IMG/VR virus record: IMGVR_UViG_3300027631_000002
Location: 1-64,000 of that record
Strand: one strand, 5' to 3'
DNA: 64,000 nt
From: a virus
The notes under the pieces were generated by a model. That model was not told where the DNA came from. It ran no database searches and was given only the letters and a program-made list of their open reading frames with translations. Below are positions 35,498-44,374 of this stretch, piece after piece. How positions within the stretch are numbered: the stretch's first letter is position 1; the number at the start of each line of letters is the position of its first letter. A program made the position numbers and the translations under genes.

Positions 35498-36757
35498 TTA
35501 GTTTAATTTTGTTCGGATTCCAGGCATGTAAATCTCAATCAATTGTATCAATTCTTCTTTACATTCCGTAGTCAATGATTTATTTTTATTTTGGTTCATC
35601 AAAATCATAAATGAACTTACTACTTTATTAAATTTAAAAGCATCTGTAAAGTCAAATATAGTTTTCTTAAATGATTCTATATCAATAGTTTCTTCACCTG
35701 TTTTATCCAACCACGTTTTCATTCTATTTATAAATCTTCTAATTCCAATTATATTTTCATCAGACCAAGAACCACCATCAAAGTAGTGACCAATAAACAT
35801 CAAGTAAAATCTAATTTCATCTGGATCATAACCATCTAAACTAACTACATTTCCTTTAGACTTAGACATTTTTTCTCCTTCACTCAATATCATTCCTTGG
35901 TGTACCAATTTAGTAATTGGTTCTTCAAAGTCAATAAAGCCAATATCATACAAAAACATTGTAATAAATCTAATATAAATCAAGTGCATACAAGCATGTT
36001 CTGATCCACCAACATACAAATCAACTGGTTTTGGTTTGATACCTTTCATCAAGCAGTATATAATAGTGTAGATAGAACTATCTACGAACGTATCCATTGT
36101 ATCAGTTTCTCCTTCAATAGGAATAGGACAACCCCAACTTCTTTGTCTTGATACACACCAGTCGTGTTGGTTTTCCAACCAATTTCTTTGTGACTTTATT
36201 GTAGATTCTGGAAAGTCAATCTTATCCAAACCGGCAATCAATCTATCTTTATAGTCGGTAATTTTGAAATACCATTGATTCAATGTTTTCTTCTCTACTT
36301 CTGTAGAACATCTTTCACATTTACCTTCTTTTACTTGTTCTCTAGCCAATACAGTTTCACAACTATTACAGAAGTCAACTTCACCATCTTTTTTATAAGC
36401 CAAATCTTTATCATACAATTGTTTAAACAACCATTGTGTGTACTCAATATAGTTGGGATCTGAAGTAATCAACATTTCCTCATATTGAGTATTCATGTTA
36501 TCCATCTGTATTCTAAAATTTTCTATATTCTCGTAGGTAACTTCTCTTGGATCTCTACCTACTTTCTTAGCATAGTTTTCCGCTGGCAATCCAAATGAAT
36601 CATATCCAAATGGTTGAAAAACCGTTTCGCCTTTGTATCTCAAGTATCTGCAGTAGCTATCCATAATCGCATAGTTATACCAATGTCCACAGTGCAAACC
36701 ACTACCTGAAGGATATGGAAACATCACAGTTACATATTTATAGTTGTTATCATTCAT
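35498..36757 (-). CDS. leuS: minimal leucyl-tRNA synthetase (419 aa, no CP1 editing domain)
   Basis: MFPYPSGSGLHCGH, GYDSFGLPAEN, Zn knuckle, QRNWL directly followed by HDWCVSRQRSWG, DTMDTFVDSS, YVGGSEHACMHL and KMSKSKGN. Confidence 0.92.
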   Translation of the reverse strand: MNDNNYKYVTVMFPYPSGSGLHCGHWYNYAIMDSYCRYLRYKGETVFQPFGYDSFGLPAENYAKKVGRDPREVTYENIENFRIQMDNMNTQYEEMLITSDPNYIEYTQWLFKQLYDKDLAYKKDGEVDFCNSCETVLAREQVKEGKCERCSTEVEKKTLNQWYFKITDYKDRLIAGLDKIDFPESTIKSQRNWLENQHDWCVSRQRSWGCPIPIEGETDTMDTFVDSSIYTIIYCLMKGIKPKPVDLYVGGSEHACMHLIYIRFITMFLYDIGFIDFEEPITKLVHQGMILSEGEKMSKSKGNVVSLDGYDPDEIRFYLMFIGHYFDGGSWSDENIIGIRRFINRMKTWLDKTGEETIDIESFKKTIFDFTDAFKFNKVVSSFMILMNQNKNKSLTTECKEELIQLIEIYMPGIRTKLN

Positions 36758-36820
36758 CTTATTTATAGTCTTTATTATAGTTTAGTTGCAAATATAATAA
36801 TTATATTTAATATATAAACT

Positions 36821-37864
36821 ATGAAGTACATTAAAACGATAAATGATTATGATATTGTCAATGAAGAGTTAGATATTAGTTGGAGACAACTTTTAATTGG
36901 AATTGGAATTATGTGTACTTTGAGATATTATCTTAAAGATCATAAAATTACTACTAAGGAAACTGACAAGATTATTTATGATATAAGTAATAAACCAACT
37001 ACAAAAGAAGGAGTTTTAATAACTAAATTTAAACAAAATTTAATAGATGATATTTTATCAACTAATCAATTAGATTCAATAAAGAAAGATTTGATTGTAT
37101 CTAAAATTAAAGAGATTAGATTTGTGTGTGTTGATACCGAAACTATGGAGTTTATAGGTGGTGAGAAAGGTGTTATGGCATGTTATATGAGACACTTTGA
37201 TGAAAGAGGTAATAAGGTAAAGGCAATTATTGTTGATAAACAAAGACTTAATTCATTAGGATCAGAACAGGTTGTAAATCATGAACTTAGACACTTAGTT
37301 GATGATATTATGAGAGATTCTAATAGTTCATTACCATATAGTGAATTTACTAATATTGTTGATATTTTGGACAAGGATATAGTTCTTCAAAACGATAAAG
37401 GTAAGAAAAAACTACAAAGTAAGATAGATTTTTATTCAAAGCAATTAGTTGAAATAGCGATTAAAAATAAAATAAGTGATATTAAGAATCCCGAAGGTAA
37501 AAAAACTGCAATTGATGCGGTAGATAGTTTTAGAGATCAGTTTCAAAGTATGTTTGATGATAAACATACTACCGACTATTTAACTTCACCCGCAGAGGTT
37601 TATGTTAGATTTCACGGATTAAAAAGATGGATGATACAAAATGGTTATCTAATGGATATGAATGATGTTATAACTCAAGAGAAAATAATTCAAATTTTAT
37701 CAGATACGAAAATTATAACTACTGCTAATAAATATAATTTAGACTTTGTTGAATTACTTTTTTATTTAGATGTTGATTTTACTGGTAAAGAACCACATGA
37801 TTTCAAAAAAGTAAATTCAATAGTAGCAAACTATACAGATTATCTAAATAAACCTACAGTTTAA
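36821..37864 (+). CDS. HExxH zincin-like metalloprotein with capsid-targeting-like N-terminus
   Basis: VNHELRHLVD, downstream YLTSPAEVYVR, N-terminus MKYIKTINDY. Confidence 0.6.
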   Translation: MKYIKTINDYDIVNEELDISWRQLLIGIGIMCTLRYYLKDHKITTKETDKIIYDISNKPTTKEGVLITKFKQNLIDDILSTNQLDSIKKDLIVSKIKEIRFVCVDTETMEFIGGEKGVMACYMRHFDERGNKVKAIIVDKQRLNSLGSEQVVNHELRHLVDDIMRDSNSSLPYSEFTNIVDILDKDIVLQNDKGKKKLQSKIDFYSKQLVEIAIKNKISDIKNPEGKKTAIDAVDSFRDQFQSMFDDKHTTDYLTSPAEVYVRFHGLKRWMIQNGYLMDMNDVITQEKIIQILSDTKIITTANKYNLDFVELLFYLDVDFTGKEPHDFKKVNSIVANYTDYLNKPTV

Positions 37865-38338
37865 TTACAAGATATATTTTTTTATCATATCTGGACCACC
37901 AAATTGTTCAATCTTTCTAATTGCAGAAGACGAAATATGTTCAAACTCTTGGTCACAAGTAATGTAAACTACATTTATATCTTTTTTAAAGTCATTTATA
38001 AATCTCATTTGATTTACTTCGTAATCTAAATCAACACCATTTCTTAAACCTCTAATTATAACTACATTATAACCTTCTTTTTCATAATCTTCTACAAGTT
38101 CGTGTAAGAATTTACTATAAGTTATTACAGTTCTGTTTATTTTTTGAGAAATAAGTTTTGCTTTATTATCTTGTTCAAATAGGTAAGTTTTATCGTTAGT
38201 ATTTACTTTATCTGGATTGATACCTATTGCAGTAATGACGTTTCCTCTTCCAAAAATACGCTCTGCTTTCTCTAAAATGTTTAAATGACCTACGTGCATA
38301 GGATTAAAAGAGCCTGGATAAATTGCGATTGTTTTCAT
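37865..38338 (-). CDS. coaD: phosphopantetheine adenylyltransferase
   Basis: AIYPGSFNPMHVGH, IIRGLRNGVDLDYE and ISSSAIR. Confidence 0.92.
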   Translation of the reverse strand: MKTIAIYPGSFNPMHVGHLNILEKAERIFGRGNVITAIGINPDKVNTNDKTYLFEQDNKAKLISQKINRTVITYSKFLHELVEDYEKEGYNVVIIRGLRNGVDLDYEVNQMRFINDFKKDINVVYITCDQEFEHISSSAIRKIEQFGGPDMIKKYIL

Positions 38339-38406
38339 AAGTTGAAATTATATACAAAGATATAGAAATTATATTATATTTAATAAAATTGTTTTATATT
38401 TGTAGT

Positions 38407-38841
38407 ATGAATACACATAGTAAATTGCGAGAGATAGGTTTTACAAGAACTGATTTTCATAAACCTTATGAATACATGGATGGTGGTACTAATAATATGG
38501 TACTAGATAATGTTGTAAAAAAATGGGCTCAGAGAAAAGACGGCACTTATGGTTGGATAGAAATATCTAAGATACATCCAAAGTCTAATTCGTTTTGGAA
38601 ACTAGTTTTTAATGAAAGACATACAATTTGGATTTCTGTTGTGAATAATATTATAGATAAGGTTTGGTTAGAAGATAAAGAAATAAAAAGACCGATTGGT
38701 TATAGTAGTAGAGATGAAAGTCCATTGAAAACTATTTATACTTATGAAACTATAAATAAAATAACAAGCAAAAGACAAATAATCAATTTACTACCAGCTG
38801 CCATAAAAAGAGATTTTGTAATTAGAGATTTATTAAAATAA
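38407..38841 (+). CDS. hypothetical protein with C-terminal RD motif
   Basis: Ends IKRDFVIRDLLK. TATATTTG box just upstream of the 38407 ATG. Confidence 0.65.
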   Translation: MNTHSKLREIGFTRTDFHKPYEYMDGGTNNMVLDNVVKKWAQRKDGTYGWIEISKIHPKSNSFWKLVFNERHTIWISVVNNIIDKVWLEDKEIKRPIGYSSRDESPLKTIYTYETINKITSKRQIINLLPAAIKRDFVIRDLLK

Positions 38842-39044
38842 TGAAAGATATAGTAATAGTTGATCATAACTCTGGTGTAAACCAAGCATATGTTGATAGA
38901 TTTGGACCAATCATCGGTACTGAATTAGATGAGGATACACAGAAATCATATCAGACTATGGCCAAACGACTTAAAGAATTAGCAAAACGAAATATGAGAG
39001 TACTTAAAAGAAAAGAAAAAATAAAAAGAATATGCCAGAATTAG
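38841..39044 (+). CDS. small hypothetical protein with C-terminal RxEKI motif
   Basis: Ends LKRKEKIKRICQN. Confidence 0.6.
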   Translation: MKDIVIVDHNSGVNQAYVDRFGPIIGTELDEDTQKSYQTMAKRLKELAKRNMRVLKRKEKIKRICQN

Positions 39045-39832
39045 CAGAAGTAAGAATTATGAGTGATTATATAAATCATCACTCAAAGAAAAGAAAATTT
39101 ACAAAATTATATCATGTTCAGAAAGGTAATATTCCAATCGACTCTGAACTAATCGAAGATTTTGAAGTAATTGCAGAATCTTTTGGTAAAGAACTACAAT
39201 TAAAAACAACAAATGATACAAAAACATTAGACTTCTCTGTATTTATGGGTATGTCTGGTAATTGGAAGTTTGTTCCTACTGAAAACTGGAATGATACTAA
39301 GTTTGTTAGAATGAGAATTGACACGGATGATGGTAATTCCTTATTACTTTATGGTTCATATATGGGACCAAGATACCGATTAGGTGCATTCACTGGTGTG
39401 AAAAGAGGACCAGACCCTACAAAAGAGTTTGATAAATTTAAAAGTAATGTTTTAGATAATTTAAAACTGAAAGCATTTGATAAACCAATTTGTGAGGTTC
39501 TTTTAAATCAAAAATACTTTAATGGAATCGGTAATTACTTACGTTCTACTATTCTTTATTATATAAATGTAAATCCATTTGAATCTGCTAGAACCATTAT
39601 CCTAGAGAATCCAGATATATTAGATTTTTGTAGAGATGTTCCAATTAAAGCTTACACATTAAATGGTGGTCAGCTTACTGATTGGACTAATCCATTCGAT
39701 TCTGATTATGAAGAGTTTAAGAAGTGGGTATTTTATCAGAAAGGTTTATCTTGTAGAGATAATACTGGTAGAACTTTCTGGTATGATGAGAAATGGGATT
39801 CTTATTCCATATATAAAAGTAAAACTAAATAG
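39032..39832 (+). CDS. nei: Fpg/Nei-family DNA glycosylase (NEIL1-like, no zinc finger)
   Basis: N-terminal PELAEV, H2TH LLNQKYFNGIGNY and C-terminal GRTFWY with no CxxC finger. Confidence 0.9.
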   Translation: MPELAEVRIMSDYINHHSKKRKFTKLYHVQKGNIPIDSELIEDFEVIAESFGKELQLKTTNDTKTLDFSVFMGMSGNWKFVPTENWNDTKFVRMRIDTDDGNSLLLYGSYMGPRYRLGAFTGVKRGPDPTKEFDKFKSNVLDNLKLKAFDKPICEVLLNQKYFNGIGNYLRSTILYYINVNPFESARTIILENPDILDFCRDVPIKAYTLNGGQLTDWTNPFDSDYEEFKKWVFYQKGLSCRDNTGRTFWYDEKWDSYSIYKSKTK

Positions 39833-40017
39833 TGAAGATTGAGTTTGATAAAAATCATTATGTTGTTTGTGAAGGAATTACTTTACCTTTAACAAGGGAA
39901 CAGATTATGGATATGCAATCATATGGTTATGATGCTCAAAATGTCATAGAAGATTTTTATAGAAAAAGTACTGCATATGTTAGGGATCAAAAGATTGATT
40001 TAATACTAAAAAAATAA
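39832..40017 (+). CDS. small protein with C-terminal RDxKI motif
   Basis: Ends YVRDQKIDLILKK. Confidence 0.65.
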   Translation: MKIEFDKNHYVVCEGITLPLTREQIMDMQSYGYDAQNVIEDFYRKSTAYVRDQKIDLILKK

Positions 40018-40043
40018 AGAGAGACTTTCGTCTCTCTTTATTT

Positions 40044-40898
40044 TTATACTACATCTTGCATTAATTCAAATGCTTCTTTTTCTATTTCTTTTTGAAGTAA
40101 CTCCATAGCTCTTGCTAATCTTGTTAAACCAATTCCTGCACCAAATCTTGGAAAGAAGTCAAATTTTAAGAAATCTTCTAATTCTTTTTCTACTCTTTCT
40201 TTTCCAAATAATTCAAATAGTTTTTCAGAATATCCACCATTTTCTATTGTATAAAACATTTTTCTCATAGAGTCAACTTCACAACTTCTTTCTGCCGCAC
40301 CTATTGTTTCTTGTCCATATAATATTACATCAACTTTGTTGAATAAATCATCTTGTTGATTTTTCATATTCCAAAATGGATTAGTTCTTAATGGAAAGTT
40401 TTGAAGAGAAACGCAATGACTTACTTCATTCCACATTTTACTTTCATGTTCATTTTCTAAAATTGATACGTCTCCATATTCTTTACAAGTTTTATTGTAA
40501 TCCATTTCAACAGGTGATCCAAATCCTAAATACTCAAGAAGTTCTTTTTCTAATAGAATTAAATCTTTATATTTACCTTTTGATTCAAACTCAAACATTG
40601 GAAAGATTAGTTCATGTCTTCCAGGAATTGGATTTTTTTCTGCTCTGTAGCTTGTAGATACACAGAAAACTCCTTCCCAAGTAGGATTTTTTAGAAGTTC
40701 ATACTCGAGCCACATTTGCCCTGTTTGTGGTAAAGGCCATATCTCACCATTGTATTCAAAGGTTGATACTGAGTGTGGGTTTTCACAAGCTGCTAAAATT
40801 GATAGTCTAGATTGTGTTGGTACTTCTACGAAGTTTTTTTCCAAAAAAAATTCTCTTAGTTTCTGAACTAGAGAATTGTACATTAAAGTGTTTGTCAT
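40044..40898 (-). CDS. class IIb (Asn/Asp/Lys) aaRS-like catalytic domain without the OB-fold anticodon domain
   Basis: LREFF..KNFVEVPT motif 1, LPQTGQMWLE, SYRAE...RH...F.MFEFE motif 2, GQETIGAAER and FGAGIGLTRL motif 3. Confidence 0.8.
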   Translation of the reverse strand: MTNTLMYNSLVQKLREFFLEKNFVEVPTQSRLSILAACENPHSVSTFEYNGEIWPLPQTGQMWLEYELLKNPTWEGVFCVSTSYRAEKNPIPGRHELIFPMFEFESKGKYKDLILLEKELLEYLGFGSPVEMDYNKTCKEYGDVSILENEHESKMWNEVSHCVSLQNFPLRTNPFWNMKNQQDDLFNKVDVILYGQETIGAAERSCEVDSMRKMFYTIENGGYSEKLFELFGKERVEKELEDFLKFDFFPRFGAGIGLTRLARAMELLQKEIEKEAFELMQDVV

Positions 40899-41001
40899 AT
40901 AAGATTTTTTTTTTAATCAAAGTATAAATACCCTGATTAAAATTTATTCTTGATATATATAAAAAAAATCCACTTTTGTTTAGTGGATTTTTAATTTTTT
41001 T

Positions 41002-41340
41002 TTATGTCAATAGATCAATTTTTAAATCTCTTCTATTTTCTATAGTATCATATGTAGCTTTTTGTGTAAACCAATCGTGTACCACATCAATGTCTGTTTT
41101 TTGGTAGTCTAACCAACAGTTATCCTGTGTACTATACTTCATAAACTTTGTAAGTTCTTCGCTAGTATATTTTTTAAGTTTCATTTCTCTGATACGGTTA
41201 CCTTCTAATGTAATTATTATACCATTATCGGTTATATCTAAAATTCCTAACCAAAATGTTAGCATTTCTTGAAAAATCATTCCTTTTTCAAATAGTCCAT
41301 TGAAAACTATTTCATTTGTTTTATCGTTTATCTTACTCAT
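41002..41340 (-). CDS. hypothetical protein with C-terminal RDxKI motif
   Basis: Ends NRRDLKIDLLT. Confidence 0.7.
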   Translation of the reverse strand: MSKINDKTNEIVFNGLFEKGMIFQEMLTFWLGILDITDNGIIITLEGNRIREMKLKKYTSEELTKFMKYSTQDNCWLDYQKTDIDVVHDWFTQKATYDTIENRRDLKIDLLT

Positions 41341-41375
41341 ATCTATTTATATAAAACAAATATACAAAATAAATA

Positions 41376-41759
41376 TTAAACTCCAATAGAATTTAATTTT
41401 TCATTTCTAAAATAAGAAACAAGTTTTTCCGATAATATTTCAAATGCTTTTACTTCAAAGTCTTCAAGTCTAGAAACTTTGTATCTTAGTGAACTACCAG
41501 AATTTTTCTTTGAAAGAAGTTCTTGATAAATTTGTATCATTTCTTCTTCACTAGGTTCTAATTCCTCTTTAAAATTAGAGAAATCTAGTTGTGAAATATG
41601 TGTACTATTGTGGTATAAATCTTGTGTTAGTTCTGCGGATATTCTACCTGATAATGTAATAAATTGGTTCCTCGAATGCTCATAAAAAATTGCGGTTAAA
41701 GTGTTTTTAAGTGATTCTTGTTGATAAGTGATCTTGCAATTTATTAGTATGTTTTTCAT
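41376..41759 (-). CDS. hypothetical protein with C-terminal RNEKL motif
   Basis: Ends YFRNEKLNSIGV. Confidence 0.7.
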   Translation of the reverse strand: MKNILINCKITYQQESLKNTLTAIFYEHSRNQFITLSGRISAELTQDLYHNSTHISQLDFSNFKEELEPSEEEMIQIYQELLSKKNSGSSLRYKVSRLEDFEVKAFEILSEKLVSYFRNEKLNSIGV

Positions 41760-41808
41760 CGTAGGAATTTATTTTTCATTATATATTCAATAGTGAAATT
41801 CCTTTTCC

Positions 41809-42276
41809 TTAAATTTTAACAAAAATAAAGGTATAGTACTTACGTCCAATAGAATCTTGTTTTATTGCAATACCAAAGTTAGTAAAATCACCTTCTATTA
41901 TTTTTTTATGTGATGGTGAATTTATCCACGCATTTAAAACAGACTGCGGATAATTATAATTATAAGCTAGAACTTCACCTACACGTTCTGCGTGTAATGT
42001 TCTAATTAGGTTATCTGATCTTTGTTGAAAATAGTCATGTGTCATTGTATCTTGTTCAATCATATAAATATTGTGTTCTTCACTTATATAACCAATATGT
42101 TGAATCTTTTTTAAAGTATCTAGTCCTATTTGATTTCTATAAACATTAGTAACATTCATTACATCAATCTCTTGTTGACTAAAATTATAAGGGTATTGTG
42201 GATATATTTCTTGATCTTTTGATTTTGAGCAAGATATGAATAATAATGATATAAGTAGAAATATTTTTACTTTCAT
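41809..42276 (-). CDS. CAP (SCP-like) domain lipoprotein
   Basis: Lipobox ISC, TNVYR, EHNIYM, GEVLAYNY and AWINSPSHKK. Confidence 0.85.
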   Translation of the reverse strand: MKVKIFLLISLLFISCSKSKDQEIYPQYPYNFSQQEIDVMNVTNVYRNQIGLDTLKKIQHIGYISEEHNIYMIEQDTMTHDYFQQRSDNLIRTLHAERVGEVLAYNYNYPQSVLNAWINSPSHKKIIEGDFTNFGIAIKQDSIGRKYYTFIFVKI

Positions 42277-42297
42277 TATTTATATATTAAGAGAGTA

Positions 42298-42573
42298 TTA
42301 TTCCTCTTTCAATATATTTTCTAACTTTTCTTCTCTTTTAACCGCAAGCTCCCACACCATGTAATCTTCTTCTGACATTAGTTCAGATTCTTTAAAAAGA
42401 CGCGCATTTCTATTATACTTTGTAACAACGTCAGCGAGGCAACCACTATACTCACAATCATATTGATTTTCTGTATCTGGTTCATCTAGGTTAGCTTCTA
42501 AATAACGTTGTATAGACATTTTACCATAAGATTTATGATAAACGGGTTTATTAAGGTCAAATTTATTTCTCAT
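42298..42573 (-). CDS. hypothetical protein with C-terminal REEKL motif
   Basis: Ends VKREEKLENILKEE. Confidence 0.7.
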   Translation of the reverse strand: MRNKFDLNKPVYHKSYGKMSIQRYLEANLDEPDTENQYDCEYSGCLADVVTKYNRNARLFKESELMSEEDYMVWELAVKREEKLENILKEE

Positions 42574-42624
42574 ACTACAAAGTTACATTTAATTTTTAAT
42601 ATATACAAAAAAGTAATTTTTATA

Positions 42625-43323
42625 ATGAGATTTATTAAAGAGTTTAAAATATTTGAAGGAGTTGAAGCTATGCCAGAACTTGGTACTAAATGGATCAATG
42701 ATAAAGGTGAAAAGATATTTATATTAAAGTCAGACCAGTATAATGAATTTATTGGTTATTATAAGTTATCTGATCCAGGATCTAAAAAATATATCGAACC
42801 TAAGAAGTTTTATTCAGAGTATAAACCATTAGATAAACACATTTATAGAGATGATATTGAATTTGATTTTGATAAAGCTACTTATTTATCTGATGAAAGA
42901 GCTATAATTGGTGCCTATTTTATTACTAAACAAAATGAGAAGTCAATTGAAATCTTGAATATAAAAGAGTTTGCACCAGATACTGCAACTTTTGGTGATA
43001 ATGCAAGACCTTATTCTGTTACTTTCCACAAGGGTACTTTACCAACTTCACAAATTGAAATTTTAGGAGAAGTTCCTGAGAAAGAAGGATTTTTCTATGT
43101 TAAAGTTCCTTATTGGTTATACAAAGAAAATCCAGAGTTAAATATTAAAAGAATAGTTGGTGATTTTCATCATATGAAAAGATTAGATCTTAGAGATCAT
43201 AGTTTACGTAATAATGAATTGATGTCTAATTTCAAAAATCCTGATGTAATAAAATACTTTGCTGCTTCTGATAAAGATGATAGAACTCAACAACAAGTAA
43301 TAAATTATGGAAGACGTTCATAA
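42625..43323 (+). CDS. hypothetical protein with capsid-targeting-like N-terminus
   Basis: Start reassigned to MRFIKEFKIFE, after TAATATATA at 42597-42605. Confidence 0.7.
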   Translation: MRFIKEFKIFEGVEAMPELGTKWINDKGEKIFILKSDQYNEFIGYYKLSDPGSKKYIEPKKFYSEYKPLDKHIYRDDIEFDFDKATYLSDERAIIGAYFITKQNEKSIEILNIKEFAPDTATFGDNARPYSVTFHKGTLPTSQIEILGEVPEKEGFFYVKVPYWLYKENPELNIKRIVGDFHHMKRLDLRDHSLRNNELMSNFKNPDVIKYFAASDKDDRTQQQVINYGRRS

Positions 43324-43796
43324 GTTAGATAACTAAAGTCATATTTGTGTCTTTCATCTACTGGATGGTATTCTTCTTTAACTAATTCCCACTCTTCCCC
43401 AATTTCTGGAAAGAAAGTATCTGCTTCAAACTCTGAATGAACTCTTGTTAGTTCAATTCTATCCGCAATTTCCATTGATTGTTTGTAGATTTCTCCGCCA
43501 CCTATTATCCAAATATTATTATCCGAATGTTCCAATACTTCATCTAATGCAGATTGAATACTATCAAATGTGAAACATTTTTCTGGTACTGAATAGTCAT
43601 TTTGTCTTGTTATAATTAGATGTGTTCTATTAGGTAAAGGTTTAGGGAATGTTTCAAACGTCTTTCTACCCATAAGTATATGATTACCTGATGTAAGTTC
43701 TTTAAATCGTTTAAAATCGTCTGGTAAGTGCCAGACTAAGTCATTGTCTTTACCTAAAGAATTGTTTTCTCCGGCTGCAGCTATAATTGTTATCAT
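43305..43796 (-). CDS. folA: dihydrofolate reductase
   Basis: MITIIAAAGENNSLG...WHLPDDFKRFK, MGRKTFE, PLPNR, IIGGGEIY and ADTFFP. Start reassigned to 43796. Confidence 0.96.
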   Translation of the reverse strand: MITIIAAAGENNSLGKDNDLVWHLPDDFKRFKELTSGNHILMGRKTFETFPKPLPNRTHLIITRQNDYSVPEKCFTFDSIQSALDEVLEHSDNNIWIIGGGEIYKQSMEIADRIELTRVHSEFEADTFFPEIGEEWELVKEEYHPVDERHKYDFSYLTYERLP

Positions 43797-43825
43797 AAAT
43801 ATTTTATGAAAAAAAATTAAAAAGT

Positions 43826-44371
43826 TTAATCTTCTGATATTGGAGAAGTGTAACAATCATTACTAAATGTAAACTTAATACATTCGGTGGTTGTAAAGAA
43901 GTCTTCTTTATGTGCTCCACCACTAGGAATTGAATGTATTGATAAAGTTACATATTTATAATCGGTTAGTCTTAGTAATTTAATTGCAGATTCAAATCCT
44001 ATGTAACGAAGATACTCTTGTTCTTTAGGAATTTCATAGTTTTTCTTTCTCCAAACATTACCATATTGAAATCCACTATAGTCTCCATTTCTTTCGATAC
44101 CGGTCGCTTGTAAAATCCATCTTCCTTTATCACTTGGTACGTTAAATCTATCAGTTCTTTCATTTTTATTAGTATCACATCTTCTAACAAATGAAAGCAT
44201 ATTCACTGGTGTGCTCGAAAATCGCACTGTACTAGTAAAGTTAAAGTGTGCAATCATTTTAGAAAGATCTCCATTAAAAGTAAAACCTTCATCCAATATT
44301 TCTAATACTGAATAAGTTACATCATCTTCTGTAAGTCTTTTAGACTCATTAAATTTCTTCAAGTATATCAT
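43826..44371 (-). CDS. hypothetical protein with capsid-targeting-like N-terminus
   Basis: MIYLKKFNES. Confidence 0.7.
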   Translation of the reverse strand: MIYLKKFNESKRLTEDDVTYSVLEILDEGFTFNGDLSKMIAHFNFTSTVRFSSTPVNMLSFVRRCDTNKNERTDRFNVPSDKGRWILQATGIERNGDYSGFQYGNVWRKKNYEIPKEQEYLRYIGFESAIKLLRLTDYKYVTLSIHSIPSGGAHKEDFFTTTECIKFTFSNDCYTSPISED

Positions 44372-44374
44372 AAT

